Positions 47,753 to 62,283 of a stretch of DNA of 64,000 bases are shown in pieces; positions within the stretch are counted from its first letter, which is position 1, and the number at the start of each line of letters is the position of its first letter. Source of the stretch: Octopus sinensis (taxonomy: Eukaryota); NCBI RefSeq assembly GCF_006345805.1, contig NC_043010.1, forward strand, positions 9,734,001 to 9,798,000, given 5' to 3'. Position numbers and translations under genes: made by a program. The notes under the pieces were generated by a model. It was not told where the DNA came from, ran no database searches, and saw nothing but the letters and a program-made list of their open reading frames with translations.

Positions 47753-48833
47753 CATTAAAGTGATGGCTGTACCTGTGTCAAAAAATCGTGTTTATTTGCT
47801 ATTTTCATGTAAACACACTCCACTACAACATGAGAAGTCAAAGATTAGTTTAATGAAAACAAAATAAGAGTGAAAACATGAGATTTAAATTATTGATTAT
47901 CTTGTGAGCATGATGAAGTTTCAAGTGGGTGTTTATATCGATTAACAGAGACTGGTTTCAATGTACTTACAAATGTAAGATGCATTGCATGTAAAAAAAA
48001 GTTAAAACTTTAAAAAAATCACTGTTATTGTTTTATACTAATTCTAGTGGAAAAGAACTTAACCCATAGCCTATAGAGAAGTAAAAATATGAGCAATAAG
48101 AGCAAGGTTTTTATAAATATTTTCAGTTATTCAGCTGAAATTTGTTTTGCTTAATGTTTGTTTTTCCATGCTAATGTGGGTTGGATGGGAATTAATTTGA
48201 GGCAGGATTTTATGGCTGGATGCTCTTCCTGTCCCCAACCACAACCATTTTACCCTATGGAGCTGGTTGTTGCTGCTGTTAGCAAAAATTAATTCAAAAA
48301 CTTCATAGAATAAACAAAATTGTAATAAGTTATTTTAGTGTGAGGTGTCATAACATCTTGTATTTTGGACATTTGTTCTTTAAAGAGAAAGTATATAGAA
48401 TAAAGAATATAAGAACACAGGTGGGAAAGATATAAGCTTTACCTTGCATTTTCTTCCTCTCCAAAAAATAAAGTGTCCCAAACATTGAGTTTTCATCTCT
48501 CAAAGTTAACCGAGCTACATTTTTTCCAACAAATGTTTATATATCACAAGCATAGCATTTTCCCCTTAATCTGAGATTATTGAAGCAAAAGATGCTCAGA
48601 CTTAATAGTAGTTATATGTTTATTGCAGAGAATTTGCTTCCATCCACTACAGTGTGCATTAAAGTTCATTATCATTTGGTTGAGCTTGCTCAGACACTTT
48701 TGACCCCCACACACCATCCATCTTGGTCCTGCGTTAGTTGATGAAGGTCTTTGGGGAGGCATCCAGTGTCTGGCAGACGAAATACTGCTAAGCATTTCGC
48801 CCGGTGCACTAACGTTTCTGCCAGCTCACCGCC

Positions 48834-48864
<31 letters not shown>

Positions 48865-48885
48865 CATTATTATATATAATATACA

Positions 48886-48939
<54 letters not shown>

Positions 48940-49888
48940 CATTATTATATATACATATACATATATACACAAACATCGTTAAGCTTAAGGATTCAGATTT
49001 GTGTGGGAGACAAAATGAGATTAATGGAAGTTCATGTCCTTGACAAAGTCACTAACAAAGGCTATCTAAGTAAAAGGAAACAGTTGCAAAAGGGGACAGG
49101 AAAAAAAATAATGTGGGGAGAAGCCACAAATTTATCTCATCAAAACCACTCTAATATTATAAGGGGTTCGTTATGAAAACTCCATATTATTAGACATTCT
49201 GGAGTGTCCATCCTGCCAGTGCTTTAGAGATGCACGTTCCAGCCTTTCGAATGATTCATAGATGAAAAGTTACCTGTAAAACTATTAGTTAATCAATGAA
49301 TGCATTTCACTAGACATTCTTGCTTGCTCTGATTAATTCAGCATCAGGTTTCTATGAAAATATAATTCAGATTTCATTCCCTGTTGACCAATCTGAGTGA
49401 CCAGTCTCTTTTGTAGAAATGGAAACTGGCTAAGCCACAATTAATACCTCACTTATATAAATCAATAATGTTATAATACCAGAGAGCTGTGTATTTGGCA
49501 GCAGTTTTTAGAGGTGTTTAGAGTCCATTAAACTACTGGACACATTGCCAAAATAGTTGACCACAGCAATGGTTGGCTCTAGACTGTAGGTATCACTGCA
49601 TATAATTCTTATTCCTGATCAATTTCCACAACTTATTTCAGTGATATATATTTTATATTTGCCAGACAAAATGTTATGTCTATTACACTGCAGAAGAGAC
49701 ATTTAAATCACTTAAGAAAATAGAAAATAAAAAATATTGTTATATAGACATTTTTAAAATTCTACTTTTTAATATGACAGTCTACCAGCTTGTAGTTCAT
49801 TATTACTTTGGACAAAAGGCTTAGCAGTATTTCTTCCGGTTCAATATGTCCTGAGTTCAAATCCCACCAAAGTCAACTTTAGCTTTTT

Positions 49889-50005
49889 TCCTACCCTATC
49901 ATGGCAATTTTTGTAATCGTTTGGTGTCACCACAGGGCATCTCGAGACAAGATGGTCTAGTGTTTCATCAAATGTGTCACAGAATCTGCATTTAGGGCCT
50001 GAACC
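49889..50005 (-). mobile_element. Zinc-knuckle segment of an R4/Dong-like (REL-endonuclease) non-LTR element, inverted
   Basis: CRFCDTFDETLDHLVSRC...HDRVG (CCHC knuckle). Confidence 0.75.
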
Positions 50006-50256
50006 AGTATATGTAATATCTACATGTGTGTGTGTGTTTGTACATGCATATGTTTGAGTGTTCGTGTGTATATGTGTGTATGCATATGCATGTGTGTGTG
50101 AGGTGTGTGTGTGAGGTGTGTGTGTGCACGTTACTGTCACTTCACCTTAACATATGCTGGTTGTAAATGAGCAGCGCTGTTTCTGTACAATATTTAGCAT
50201 TTTCAGAGTTGCACTTCTTTGGCAAGAAAATCCATCTGAGACTATGAATTTTAACT

Positions 50257-50880
50257 GAACACCAAAACACCTCCAGTGCTTGAAAATGATTACATCTTAC
50301 TCCTTTGGAACTTTACTGTTCAAACTGACAGAAAAATTGATGCAACTAGACCAGACATTATATTGCAAGATTTCAGGCAAAAATCATTCCTCCTTATCAA
50401 TATGACTGTCCCAATCAACATAAATTGATCTGTCAAGACAAAAAGTTTTGAAATAGAAATTGGCAAAATGTAGAACCTCAAAACTAAAACAATACCTGTT
50501 GTCATAGGTACCCTAAGAATGATAGCAAAAGGGGCTGGTCGATACCTATCTCAGATACCAGGAAATCCCAAAATGGAAGAAATTTTAAAAAATAGTGCTC
50601 ATGGGAACTGTTCATATCCTATAAAAAATATTGTCTATGTAATTCTCAAAACACTTTAATCTATAAACATTGTCAAAAGTATTTTTAAATGTACATAATA
50701 GTAAACCCCTTTTGTTGTCATCTTAACATCACACTTTCATCTTATAATCAAATTACTTTTAAAACAAACTTCTAATTTTCTAGTTTTGACAGACATTCCC
50801 TGTGCAATACCCAAACTATGGTACCCTAGTCATAACACCAGCTTGGATTTCTAATTTGTTGTCTCTTGAGTTCGCTGGAT
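50257..50880 (+). mobile_element. 3' part of R4/Dong-like LINE (REL endonuclease plus 3' UTR), decayed
   Basis: PPVLENDYILLLWNFTVQTDRKIDATRPDIIL...TIPVVIGTL with stops and frameshifts. Confidence 0.8.
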
Positions 50881-50911
50881 GATCATGATGATGATGATGA
50901 TAATAATAATG

Positions 50912-50947
<36 letters not shown>

Positions 50948-50948
<1 letters not shown>

Positions 50949-51115
50949 TATTGCACTACTAGGCACTGCACACATCCTGTGCAGAACACCTTCCATACAA
51001 TAACCATCAGAGCATCACAACAAATCACAGCACATACCCAAGGCACACAGAGCTGCACTCGGTAGTGAAGTGAAAGCACGCTATAAAAATAAAACTACGG
51101 AATATTAATAATAAT
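50948..51115 (+). mobile_element. Short 3' end of a second R4-like LINE
   Basis: IALLGTAHIL-type C-terminus followed by a UTR and (AAT)n tail. Confidence 0.6.
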
Positions 51116-51116
51116 A

Positions 51117-51151
<35 letters not shown>

Positions 51152-52509
51152 AATTATTATTATGATATATATATATATATATCTTCAGTTTCTGTCAAGT
51201 AAATCCACTTGTTAAGCTGTGGGACCAAACCTGAACTTATGTGGCTGGGAAGCAAACGTCTTGTCATCCAACCATGACTGTGCTTTGTATTTTATTTTTA
51301 TTTTAAGGTATTTTTGGATGCCAACACACGTGAGCATCAAAAGGAAATGCATCAAACACCAATATACATTGATGTACTAAAGAAAGATTGTAAAAACAAG
51401 AAAGATCTGATGTGTTAGAACAATGTATGTGTGGTGAGATGCCTGGAGGCATGCCTGGAGTGCTGGTCTGTGAAAGACCTTAAAATGATAATATAAAATG
51501 GTAAGATTTGATTTGCAAGGGTAAGGGGTTTCGTGGAGATTTGGCTGTTATTTCTAGTGTTTTAAGCTACTATATACAGTTGTCCCTTGTCTTGATACAC
51601 AGTTAATATACGCAGTTAGTTTTAACAGATAGCAAGGTAATTACCTGAGTGTAAGTGAAAACGAGGAGCGAAAGCATGAAGAAGATAGAAGGAGGAAGAG
51701 GAAGATGAAGACAAGGAGAAGGAGAAGGAGGAGGAGGAGGGGGTGGTGGTTGAAGAAGGAGGAAGAGGAGAACAGCAACAATGATAGCAACAAGACAAAC
51801 AAGAAGAAAGAGGACAAGGTGGAGGAAAAGAGGAAGAGGGGAAGAGATTCACATTTCCTTAGTTACAACACTCCACTAATATCTGCCACTCTCTCTCTCT
51901 CTCTCTTTCTGTAAATCTCTCCCTCTCTCTCTCTGTATGTCTCTCTCTCTGCATGTCTCTCCCTCTCTCTCCCTCTCTCTCTGTATGTCTCTCTCCTCCT
52001 CTCCTTCTCTCCCACCTCTCTCTCTGTGACTGTCTTTCTCTCCGCTCCCTTAGTTCAATATCTTTTACTAGTTTGATACATTAGCATTGTTCTTCAGATT
52101 TTAATAATTTCCTTGATAAATACAGTATTCTATATCATTTAATTGCTGTACTTGTCCCTCACACATCGAATTATACTAATTTCTGATTTGAAATTTCTTA
52201 ATATCCAGTGAATGGACCAGGGATCAAACTGAACTCTAGATAAAAGATTCATAACAACGAGTGAGGATGCATTGAAAAGGCGGAGCGAGCATTGTTGAGA
52301 TGGTGAGATGCTGGCTGAGCTAGATTAGTCACTCACACACACACACACACACACACGCTCACAGAGATATAACTCAATAAAACTGATTAATAATTAGATA
52401 TGAATGAATTGAAGAAATAATTCAGCCCATCCGTCATGGTGAATAGATTTGAAACGCGCGTCTACTTTCCTTTACTTTTATTTATTTATTTTTTTTTTCT
52501 TTTCCATTA

Positions 52510-52958
52510 TCATCGTTGTTGCTACTACCACCACCACCACCACCACTGCTACCGCCGCCGACACTACTACTACTACTACTACTAACACTACTACCACCAC
52601 CACTACCACTGTTGCCACCGCCGCCGACACTACTACTACTACTACTACTAACACTACTACCACCACCACCACCACCACCGTTGCCACCGCCGCCGCTGAT
52701 ACTACTACTACTACTACTACTAACACTACTACCACCACCACCAACAACAACACCACCACCACCATTGCCACAACCATCAGCATCATCGTTGTCGTCGTCG
52801 TCACCGACAACACAACCAACACTACCATGACCACCGCTGCCGTTGAAATAACCACTGCCATCACCACCACCACTAATACCACCACCACCACTACCACCAC
52901 CACCACTACCATCACCACCACCACCATCACCACCACCACCGTTGCCACCACCGCCGAC

Positions 52959-52990
<32 letters not shown>

Positions 52991-53195
52991 CACCACCAAC
53001 ACCACCAACACCACAAACACCACCATTGCCACAACCATCATCATCATCATCATCATTGTTGGCGGCGGCGGCGTCACTGACTGCACAACCAACAACCACC
53101 ATGACCACCTCTGCCATTGAAACCACCACTACCACTACCATCATCACCACCACCACCACCACCACTACCATCCTCCTCATCGTCATCATCATCAT
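52510..53195. repeat. (ACC)/(ACT)/(GCC) compound trinucleotide repeat with internal duplications
   Basis: Direct reading; source of poly-Thr/Val ORFs. Confidence 0.9.
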
Positions 53196-53736
53196 TTCAG
53201 ATATTTGTCTTTAGAAAGGAGTATGCTGGAGTGAGGGCAAGTAATCAGTGTCTGAGATCATGAAGCAAATGGCGTTGTGTATGATAGTTAAACTATTTGT
53301 TTCACTGAACAATAATAATCGTAGATGCGGCTGCGAGAAAGGGAGGCTGAGCGGTAATGAGTGGATGAGGGAAATGAGTGAATGAGGGAAATGAAGGAAA
53401 TCGTATGAATGGGCATAGCTGTGTGGTTGAGAAATTCACTTTGCAACTACATGGTTCTGGGAACAATCCTACTATGCAGTGCCTTCCACAAATGTCTCTT
53501 TCTGTAGCCTTAGGCTGGCCAATCTTCTGAGAAAGAATTTCATTGATGAAAAGCATGTTGTGCACACTCACACACACACACACACACGCACACACACACA
53601 CACGTATGTGTTTTGATGCCTCTCACTGGATAGAGTACTTTTTTACTGATCTTACATTAACAGAATTGTAAACTATATATACATGTTTATATATATATAT
53701 ATATGTATGTATATATATATATAGATAGATAGATAC

Positions 53737-53770
<34 letters not shown>

Positions 53771-53868
53771 GTATCTATCTATCTATCTATAATATATATA
53801 TAGATAGATAGATAGATAGATAGATACAGATATATATATATATAATATATATATATATATAATATATG

Positions 53869-53913
<45 letters not shown>

Positions 53914-53974
53914 GTATCTATCTATCTATCTATATATATATATATATATAGATAGATAGATAGATAGATACAGA

Positions 53975-54005
<31 letters not shown>

Positions 54006-54260
54006 GCATACATACATAAACTTACATACATACATATATGTATGTGTAGACACACACACATAATAGTTTTTATTTAATAACAGTTTGATGCTTTGTAGGC
54101 TTACCACATGAACCTAACTCATCAAGCTTATGAAATGTTAAGTTGCATAGAGCCAAATCAAACTGTTATTAAATACTAATATATGTAGTCCTACCAAATA
54201 TGTTGAATGCCTCTTTCTTTCATTTGTCCACTAACCATGATGATGATGATGATGATGATG

Positions 54261-54263
54261 ATG

Positions 54264-54299
<36 letters not shown>

Positions 54300-54826
54300 G
54301 TTTAATGTCCATTTCCATGATGGCATGGTTTGGACAGTTTGACTGAGAACTGGCAAGCCAATAGGCTGCACCAGGCGCCAGTTTTATCTGGTAGGTTTCT
54401 ACAGCTGGATGCCCTTCCTAATGCCAACCACTCTGAGAGTGTAGTGGGTCCCTTTTATATGCCACTGACACGGGAACCAGTCAAGGGACACTGGCATCGA
54501 CCATGTTCAGATGGTGCTTTTTATGTGCCACAGACACGGGAGCCAGTCAGTGGGCACTGGCATCAACCACGTTCGGATGGTGCTTTTTACGTGCCACCAG
54601 CATGGGGAGCCGGTCAGATAGCACTAGCATCGACCCACACTTGACCCACGTGCCACCAGCATGGGTACCAACCAGTCAGGCAGCACTAGCATTGACTCAC
54701 GATCAACCCACATGCCACGAGCATGGGTGCCAGACAGGTGGCACTGGGTCTCAGTCTTTTGTCATTGCCTCTGTGAGGCCCAGCATTCGAAGGTCATGCT
54801 TCACCACCTCATCCCATGTCTATTCA
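54261..54826 (-). mobile_element. Family C, longer copy
   Basis: Homology; internal repeats present but diverged. Confidence 0.8.
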
Positions 54827-55014
54827 TAGTATAATATATTATATGTGTGTGTGTGTGTGTGAATCCTTGTAGAATGCTATGCAAAGCTCGTCCGCAGTTA
54901 CTGGGCACCTAATGTCATCATACAGTGTAAATGCTCTTGCTGTTGGATATACATCTGGAATTCCATTGTATCCATTGAGTTTATCTACATAGATAAATAC
55001 AATAAGAAGAATAA

Positions 55015-55293
55015 CCACCAAAGTGGACACCTAATATTCTAAGCATAGACGTCAAATCATTATTACCATGAAGAATGTGTAATGTGTTCTCAAGAAAAAA
55101 TTTCAGCAAAACACCAAAATGTAAAAATAAGCAAGACAAATGAAAATATACAAAATAATTTCATATATATTCATTTGTCTTGCTCATTTTCACATTTTGG
55201 CGTTTTGCTGAGATTTTTTCTTGTGAACACATTCTTCGTGGTAATGGCGATTTGACGTCTATGTTTAGCATATTAGGTGTCCACTTTAGTGGT
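55015..55293. repeat. Palindrome (~125-bp arms, ~25-nt loop)
   Basis: AAAGTGGACACCTAATAT...GCAAGACAAATGAA versus TTCATTTGTCTTGC...ATATTAGGTGTCCACTTT. Confidence 0.85.
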
Positions 55294-55553
55294 CATTCCT
55301 CTTAATTTTGTATGTAACACAATTTTTAATCTTCAGATTTTTTAAAATATGTTAAGCCACTGGTTTTAAGTGATTAATATCAATTTCTAGCCTTATTATT
55401 TTTACATAGATAAATAGATATATAATGGAATGAATGATACTTTTTATCTAAAATCATTACAATGTTTTGACACATTTACACCTGTAGTTCTTTGATGTGA
55501 TGTGTAATCATTCTCATCATAAGGTAAGTGTTTAAATAAATCCTTCATTAGGC

Positions 55554-55757
55554 ATTTCTAGAGGTAATTTCTACTCTTCTCCTCTGGAAGCCATCTACTC
55601 GCAATACCAGAAGGCGCACACTCTCCTACCCTGATGTAATCTCCAGGGATACAGGCATCCAGCAACAGGACCTCCGTAATGCTATGATGGACCGTGAAGT
55701 CTGGCGTAACATAGTAAATTCCATTGTCTCGACCACGGTCGAACAATGATGATGATG
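55554..55757 (+). mobile_element. 5'-truncated RTE-clade LINE, third copy
   Basis: Same 3' sequence ending TCGACCACGGTCGAACAA(TGA)n; probable TSD ATTAGGC at 55547-55553 and 55758-55764. Confidence 0.8.
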
Positions 55758-56109
55758 ATTAGGCCTTAGTGTCATTTTACTCAGTGACAGAATGCATACC
55801 CAAAGTGATGTCTTTATTTCTGTATTTTCTTATTTTGATCACAGTTGTATTTTGTTTGTCATTATATCTATGACTTTAGTTTTGTTTGTAAACAGCTAAA
55901 AACGACACATCATTTTGGGTATACATTCTCACACAGAATGAAGTGAAAGCAGGATCTAATGAAGGATTTATCCAAACAATCATATGAGGAAGTGTATTTT
56001 ACACCATTGATGCATAAAGATTATTACACATCTCTGCAGTGTGCAAGTGTAAAAATATGCTCAAACGATCATAGTGATTTTTAAATGAAGAATATCATTC
56101 ATTCTATTT

Positions 56110-56186
56110 CTATTATCTATATATATGTGTGTGTGTATGTATGTAAGCATGCATGTTGTATGTATTTGTATGTATGTATATATGTG

Positions 56187-56218
<32 letters not shown>

Positions 56219-56382
56219 CGTACAAACACACACACACACACACATCAGTATTATAATAAATAATTGCATTCTACATCAGTATTGAATACCTTTTTCCTAC
56301 CCTCTTGTTTGTAAATCATATACACAGTATCTTTATGTAAATATGTGTATATACACACATTTATGTATGTGTGTGTATATAC

Positions 56383-56459
<77 letters not shown>

Positions 56460-57153
56460 GTATGTATATATACACATATATACATATATGTATATATGTA
56501 TATATATATATAGATATATATGCATACACATACATGTATTTATGCACATACATATATGCATGGATGTATATTCATTTGTGCTCAGATCTGGGCCTGGTTT
56601 TGCATTATGCCTCTTTATATCCCATAACTTAGTTGCTTGGCAAATAGAGATTGATAAAATAGAAGACAGAATAAAATATATACTGAAATTTAATGTGATC
56701 GAATGAAAATGGCATCCTTCCATGACCAAAATCCATGGAAACGATCTTTTTCTAATTCTAAGATTAATGTAGAAAATTTGTAGGTAAGAGAAAAAAACCT
56801 AAGTAAAAAAAGGAGTTAATATTTTATAGAATGGCTAACATCCAACAATTTCCTTATGACATACCTTTCTTCACAATCAGTAAAGCATTGTAATTTGTCT
56901 ATAAAAAAACATGTAAAAGGAAGCTCACTATTGTTTAATGTCAAGAAAAGTAGAAAAATGTACCGGTGAAATAATTTATCAACATATGCATATGTACACA
57001 ACTCCTATATATGCATATATGTGCATGTGTAAGTATATATATATATGTATGTATGTATGTATATATATGTATGTGTGTATATATATATATATATATGTGT
57101 ATGTATGTATATATATGTATGTGTGTATATATATATATATATATATGTGTATG

Positions 57154-57207
<54 letters not shown>

Positions 57208-58167
57208 ATATAAGATTAATCAGCCGAAATGCGAAGATGATCCGGTTTTTGACTGATGATTGAGGGCTTTGAATGTCCCGTCTGTGTTTTTTGTGTCGTC
57301 TTCTAAATGTTTCACGTTCTTGTCCCGTTTGTATATTTTTTTACTTTTACATATATATATAATATATATATATATACATACATATATATATATGTATGTA
57401 TGGATAAATAGAGCGATAGATAGATGCCTAGACATACATGTATTGACATATATATGTGTGTATAATTCTATAAGTATATGCATGTGTATATATATATGTA
57501 TGTATATATATATATGTGTGTGTGTGTATATATATATATATATTATATATAATATATACTATATGTATATATATATATATGCGTATATATATATATGTCT
57601 GTGTGTGTGTGTGTGTACCTGTGTTCATATATATGCCTATTCTCAATTCACTTTAGTCATAACCTACCAGAATATATAATATACATTTTAAACATTTTTC
57701 TTTTACTTTTTTTTTTTTTTAGGTTTTTGTTTATAAATTCACATAGAACTTAGTTTACTTAAAAATTTTCATTGAAATACTTCACTGAACATATCTTATT
57801 TGATTTTTGTATTGAAAATTGGTAATTTATCAGATGACCGAATATGGTTCTCTTGAATAACAGTAAAAAACAAATAAACAGAGATACAGATTGCAAAAAC
57901 AGATAAAGTTTGCAAATAAACAAATATCTTTTTACAAGAAAATAAATATATGAAAAAATAAAAGATAAAGCAAAAAAGCAAAAATAACAAATAAGCTTCT
58001 CCCTTCCAGTAAAGTTGAGTAAAAGCAGGTGTTCAGAATATTGTCTTCTTTCACTTAAATGATTTTACTAGAATTTGTTATGTACACATACACACGAACA
58101 TGTACCACACTTGCATTCAGATGCCACACATTTACATGTGTACATGCATACAAACACACATATATGA

Positions 58168-58218
<51 letters not shown>

Positions 58219-58391
58219 CATATATATATATATATACATATGTGTGTATATATGTATATATGTATATAGATATATGTACATATATATACCTATATAAACA
58301 TGAATACATGTATATATATATACATATACATACGCACATATAAACATATACATACACATATACATATATATATGGATATTAATATATATAC

Positions 58392-58476
<85 letters not shown>

Positions 58477-58534
58477 TGTATATGTATATGTATGTATATA
58501 TATATATGTATATATATATATATGTATGTTATAT

Positions 58535-58595
<61 letters not shown>

Positions 58596-58630
58596 GTGTG
58601 TGTATGAGCACATGCATGCATGCATATGTA
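56110..58630. repeat. Series of (TA)/(TG)/(TATG) microsatellite blocks
   Basis: Direct reading. Confidence 0.9.
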
Positions 58631-59357
58631 TATTTAAAAACATCTTGGCGCCACTTATGGTTTGGAATTTTATCTGAGAAGATGAAGGAACACAAAAAAA
58701 CAAAAAAAAATATAAAAGAACATTGATCTTTTCTAATCAGCAACATAGATATATTCTCTAAAATATCATGCCATTTCTCTATGTGACTTATAAAGAAAGA
58801 GAGAAAAATAAACAGATAGCAAACAGGGAGGGGGAGCGAGGGAGGGAGGGAGGTAGTGGCAAAAAAATGAAAAATATATAGAAAATTGAGAGTGAACAAG
58901 AGAGAGCGGTGTGGTGTGGGTGGAAGTGAATTAATATAGTTTATTGTTTCCGTGTTGGGTGATGGAAGCAAGTTAAATGATAAGATAGCCAGCTGTCATG
59001 ATAACATGGAAAATAATAATAACGATGATGATGATGATGATATTGATGATGATGATGATGATTCAAAAAAGAAAACGATTGGAAAATATAATAATATTAT
59101 AATAACAACGACGACAACAATAACAACAACAACAACAATAGCAAGAACAACAACATGCTGTAAGGTGAGAACGGTAGATAGTTGAACTTAATGATGTTGT
59201 GTGTTGTAAGTGATGAGAAATGGATGTTTACCGTTCAAATAATATTTAATAAATATATCAATAGATATTGCTACATGTGCATATACTCCCCAAAATACAT
59301 ACACACACACACACATACACAGAAACACACACACAAACACATACAGGGTTGAAAGGC

Positions 59358-59421
<64 letters not shown>

Positions 59422-59489
59422 TAGATAGATAGATAGATAGATAAATAGACAGATAGATAGAAAGATAGATAGATAGATAGATAGGTAGG

Positions 59490-59558
<69 letters not shown>

Positions 59559-59656
59559 TGATAGATGATAGATAGATAGAGAGATAGAGATAGATAGATA
59601 GATAGGTAGGTAGGTAGATAGATAGATAGAGAGACAGACAAACAGGCAAACAGATG

Positions 59657-59697
<41 letters not shown>

Positions 59698-59757
59698 GTA
59701 GGTAGGTAGATAGATAGATAGAAAGATAGATAGATAGATAGATGATAGATAGGTAGG

Positions 59758-59826
<69 letters not shown>

Positions 59827-59924
59827 TGATAGATGATAGATAGATAGAGAGATAGAGATAGATAGATAGATAGGTAGGTAGGTAGATAGATAGATAGAGA
59901 GACAGACAAACAGGCAAACAGATG

Positions 59925-59965
<41 letters not shown>

Positions 59966-59987
59966 GTAGGTAGGTAGATAGATAGAT

Positions 59988-60039
<52 letters not shown>

Positions 60040-60137
60040 TGATAGATGATAGATAGATAGAGAGATAGAGATAGATAGATAGATAGGTAGGTAGGTAGAT
60101 AGATAGATAGAGAGACAGACAAACAGGCAAACAGATG

Positions 60138-60210
<73 letters not shown>

Positions 60211-60300
60211 GCAGACAGGTAGACAGATATATATATATAGATAAATAAGTAGATGGATGGATGGATGGATGGATGGATAGATAGGCAGACAGACAGACTG
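59358..60300. repeat. (GATA)n satellite with higher-order repeats
   Basis: Marker CAAACAGGCAAACAGATGG recurs at ~59639, ~59907 and ~60120. Confidence 0.95.
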
Positions 60301-60700
60301 ACATATAGATATTATTGCTGCTGTTCCAGTTTAGCCTCAAGTTAATTCTGATCCAGTAAACTTACAATAAATATCATAAAAGCTGAGACCAGCAAATTTA
60401 TTTTCGTATTTCAAGCACTTTGTACCCAACTCTGGATTATCCAGTCTATCCATTTTTAAGGCAGAAACATGTGGTTTGAGAGAGACTTGTTCATATTTTC
60501 TAGTGACTGAGTAACTGTATAAAGGCTTTCTTAATACAAAACTGAACATTTTGCTTTTAGCTTCAAAGTCTCCTTATTTCTTCCTGCTAAATTTATAATT
60601 GCTTAAGTTTACCATTCTGTCATTTAGGTTTGGGAATTGGTGAAATTGTTAGTAGTTATAAATTTTTAAATACCAGCAATAGAGCCTTTTACAAAATATA

Positions 60701-60926
60701 TATTTCTTTACTACCCACAGGGGGCTAAACACAGAGGGGACAAACAAGGACAGACAAACGGATTAAGTCGATTACATTGACCCCCAGTATGTAACTGGTA
60801 CTTATTTTATCGACCCCGAAAGGATGAAAGGCAAAGTCAACCTCGGCGGAATTTGAACTCAGAACACAGCGGCGGACAAAATACCACAAAGCATTTTGCC
60901 CAGCATGCTAACGTCTCTGCCAGCTC
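60701..60926 (-). mobile_element. SINE family B, tail type 2
   Basis: 17-bp TSD GCCTTTTACAAAATATA at 60684-60700 and 60927-60943. Confidence 0.9.
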
Positions 60927-61202
60927 GCCTTTTACAAAATATAATCTTAGTCCCAGTATAATGTAGGATGTAAGAAAGAAGAAAACATGGGCTGATGTTC
61001 CCCATATGGCCGTGTCAGAAAATTTCTTCATGAACATGTTCAGCAAGACATACGCACTTTTAAACATGCACATACATGCACGCACGCATGCATGTGCACA
61101 CATACGCACACACATGCACACATACACACACACATGTACATTGTACATTACTGCATATACTCTGACAAGTTGTGGTGCACCTGAGCACTGTATACAATAA
61201 TT

Positions 61203-61249
<47 letters not shown>

Positions 61250-61400
61250 ATGACGGAGTGGTTGGCATTAGGAAGGGCATCCAGCCGTAGAAACACTGCC
61301 AGATCAGACTGGGCCTAGCGCAGCCTTCTGGCTTCCCAGACCCCAGTTGAACCGTCCAACCCATGCTAGCATGGAAAGCGGACGCTAAATGATGATGATA
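61250..61400 (+). mobile_element. Family C 3' part
   Basis: ...AACCCATGCTAGCATGGAAAGCGGACGCTAAA(TGA)n. Confidence 0.85.
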
Positions 61401-61418
61401 ATGATGATAATGATGATG

Positions 61419-61453
<35 letters not shown>

Positions 61454-62032
61454 CACATACACACAATGAGATATACACGTCAGAGTTTGATAAACTGTAA
61501 TCACTACAGAAACAAGAGTTGGCTGATGTCATTACATATAAATAATAATAATAATAATTGTGTACAGTGCTCAGGTGCACTACAACTCATCTAAAGTGTA
61601 TATATAATCAGGTGTAGTTTCGGCGGATTTCGGAAAGCAAGAGGGCCTTAAAGGATGCAGTGTCATGGCATATAAATAATCTTTCAATTCCTATGTTTTC
61701 AATGGACGCTTCATTACTTATAAGATTTTCTTTCTAATACTGTTTCTCAATGAACCATTACCTGTTAAAACTTGCTATAACATTGGTTTGATAAACGAAA
61801 AAAGGGAAATATTCCCATGTATTTGGCAAATCAGGCAAGGCAATACATTGATGTACTTGCTCGTGATCAGTGCATTTGTTTTATTTATATTTTTATTTAT
61901 ATATATTTTGATTCACAAAATTTTGCTATGATACGTATTGGAGGCAGGAAAATAAAAAATATTAGCAAGCTATAATATAGAATACGATACTGAAAGTATT
62001 ACAATTTCTTCATTTCTAAGTAATGTTTCACA

Positions 62033-62174
62033 TAGGTGCAGGGGTGGCTGTGTGGTAAGTTGCTTGTTATGAACCACATGGTTCCGGGTTCAGTCTTCTA
62101 CTATAGCCTCGGGCCGACCAAAGCCTTGTGAGTGGATTTGGTAGACGGAAACTGAAAGAAGCCCATCGTATATG

Positions 62175-62232
<58 letters not shown>

Positions 62233-62283
62233 GTATGTATGTATGTGTGTGTATGTGTTTGTCACCCCAGCATCGCTTAACAA
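62033..62283 (+). mobile_element. SINE family A, partial
   Basis: Homology. Confidence 0.85.

Noticed and set aside
52405-52475. GAAACGCGCGTC hammerhead-like 3' half
   Set aside because: Upstream core is TTGAAGA and stem I does not pair.
52449-53214. Mucin-like poly-Thr ORF of 223 aa
   Set aside because: Compound ACC/ACT repeat, open on both strands, no splice context; cannot be supported as an exon.
57212-57348. CTGATGA and GCCGAAA in a (TA)n-flanked element
   Set aside because: The two words are in the wrong order with no closing stems; may be a PLE-type end but is not a supportable ribozyme.
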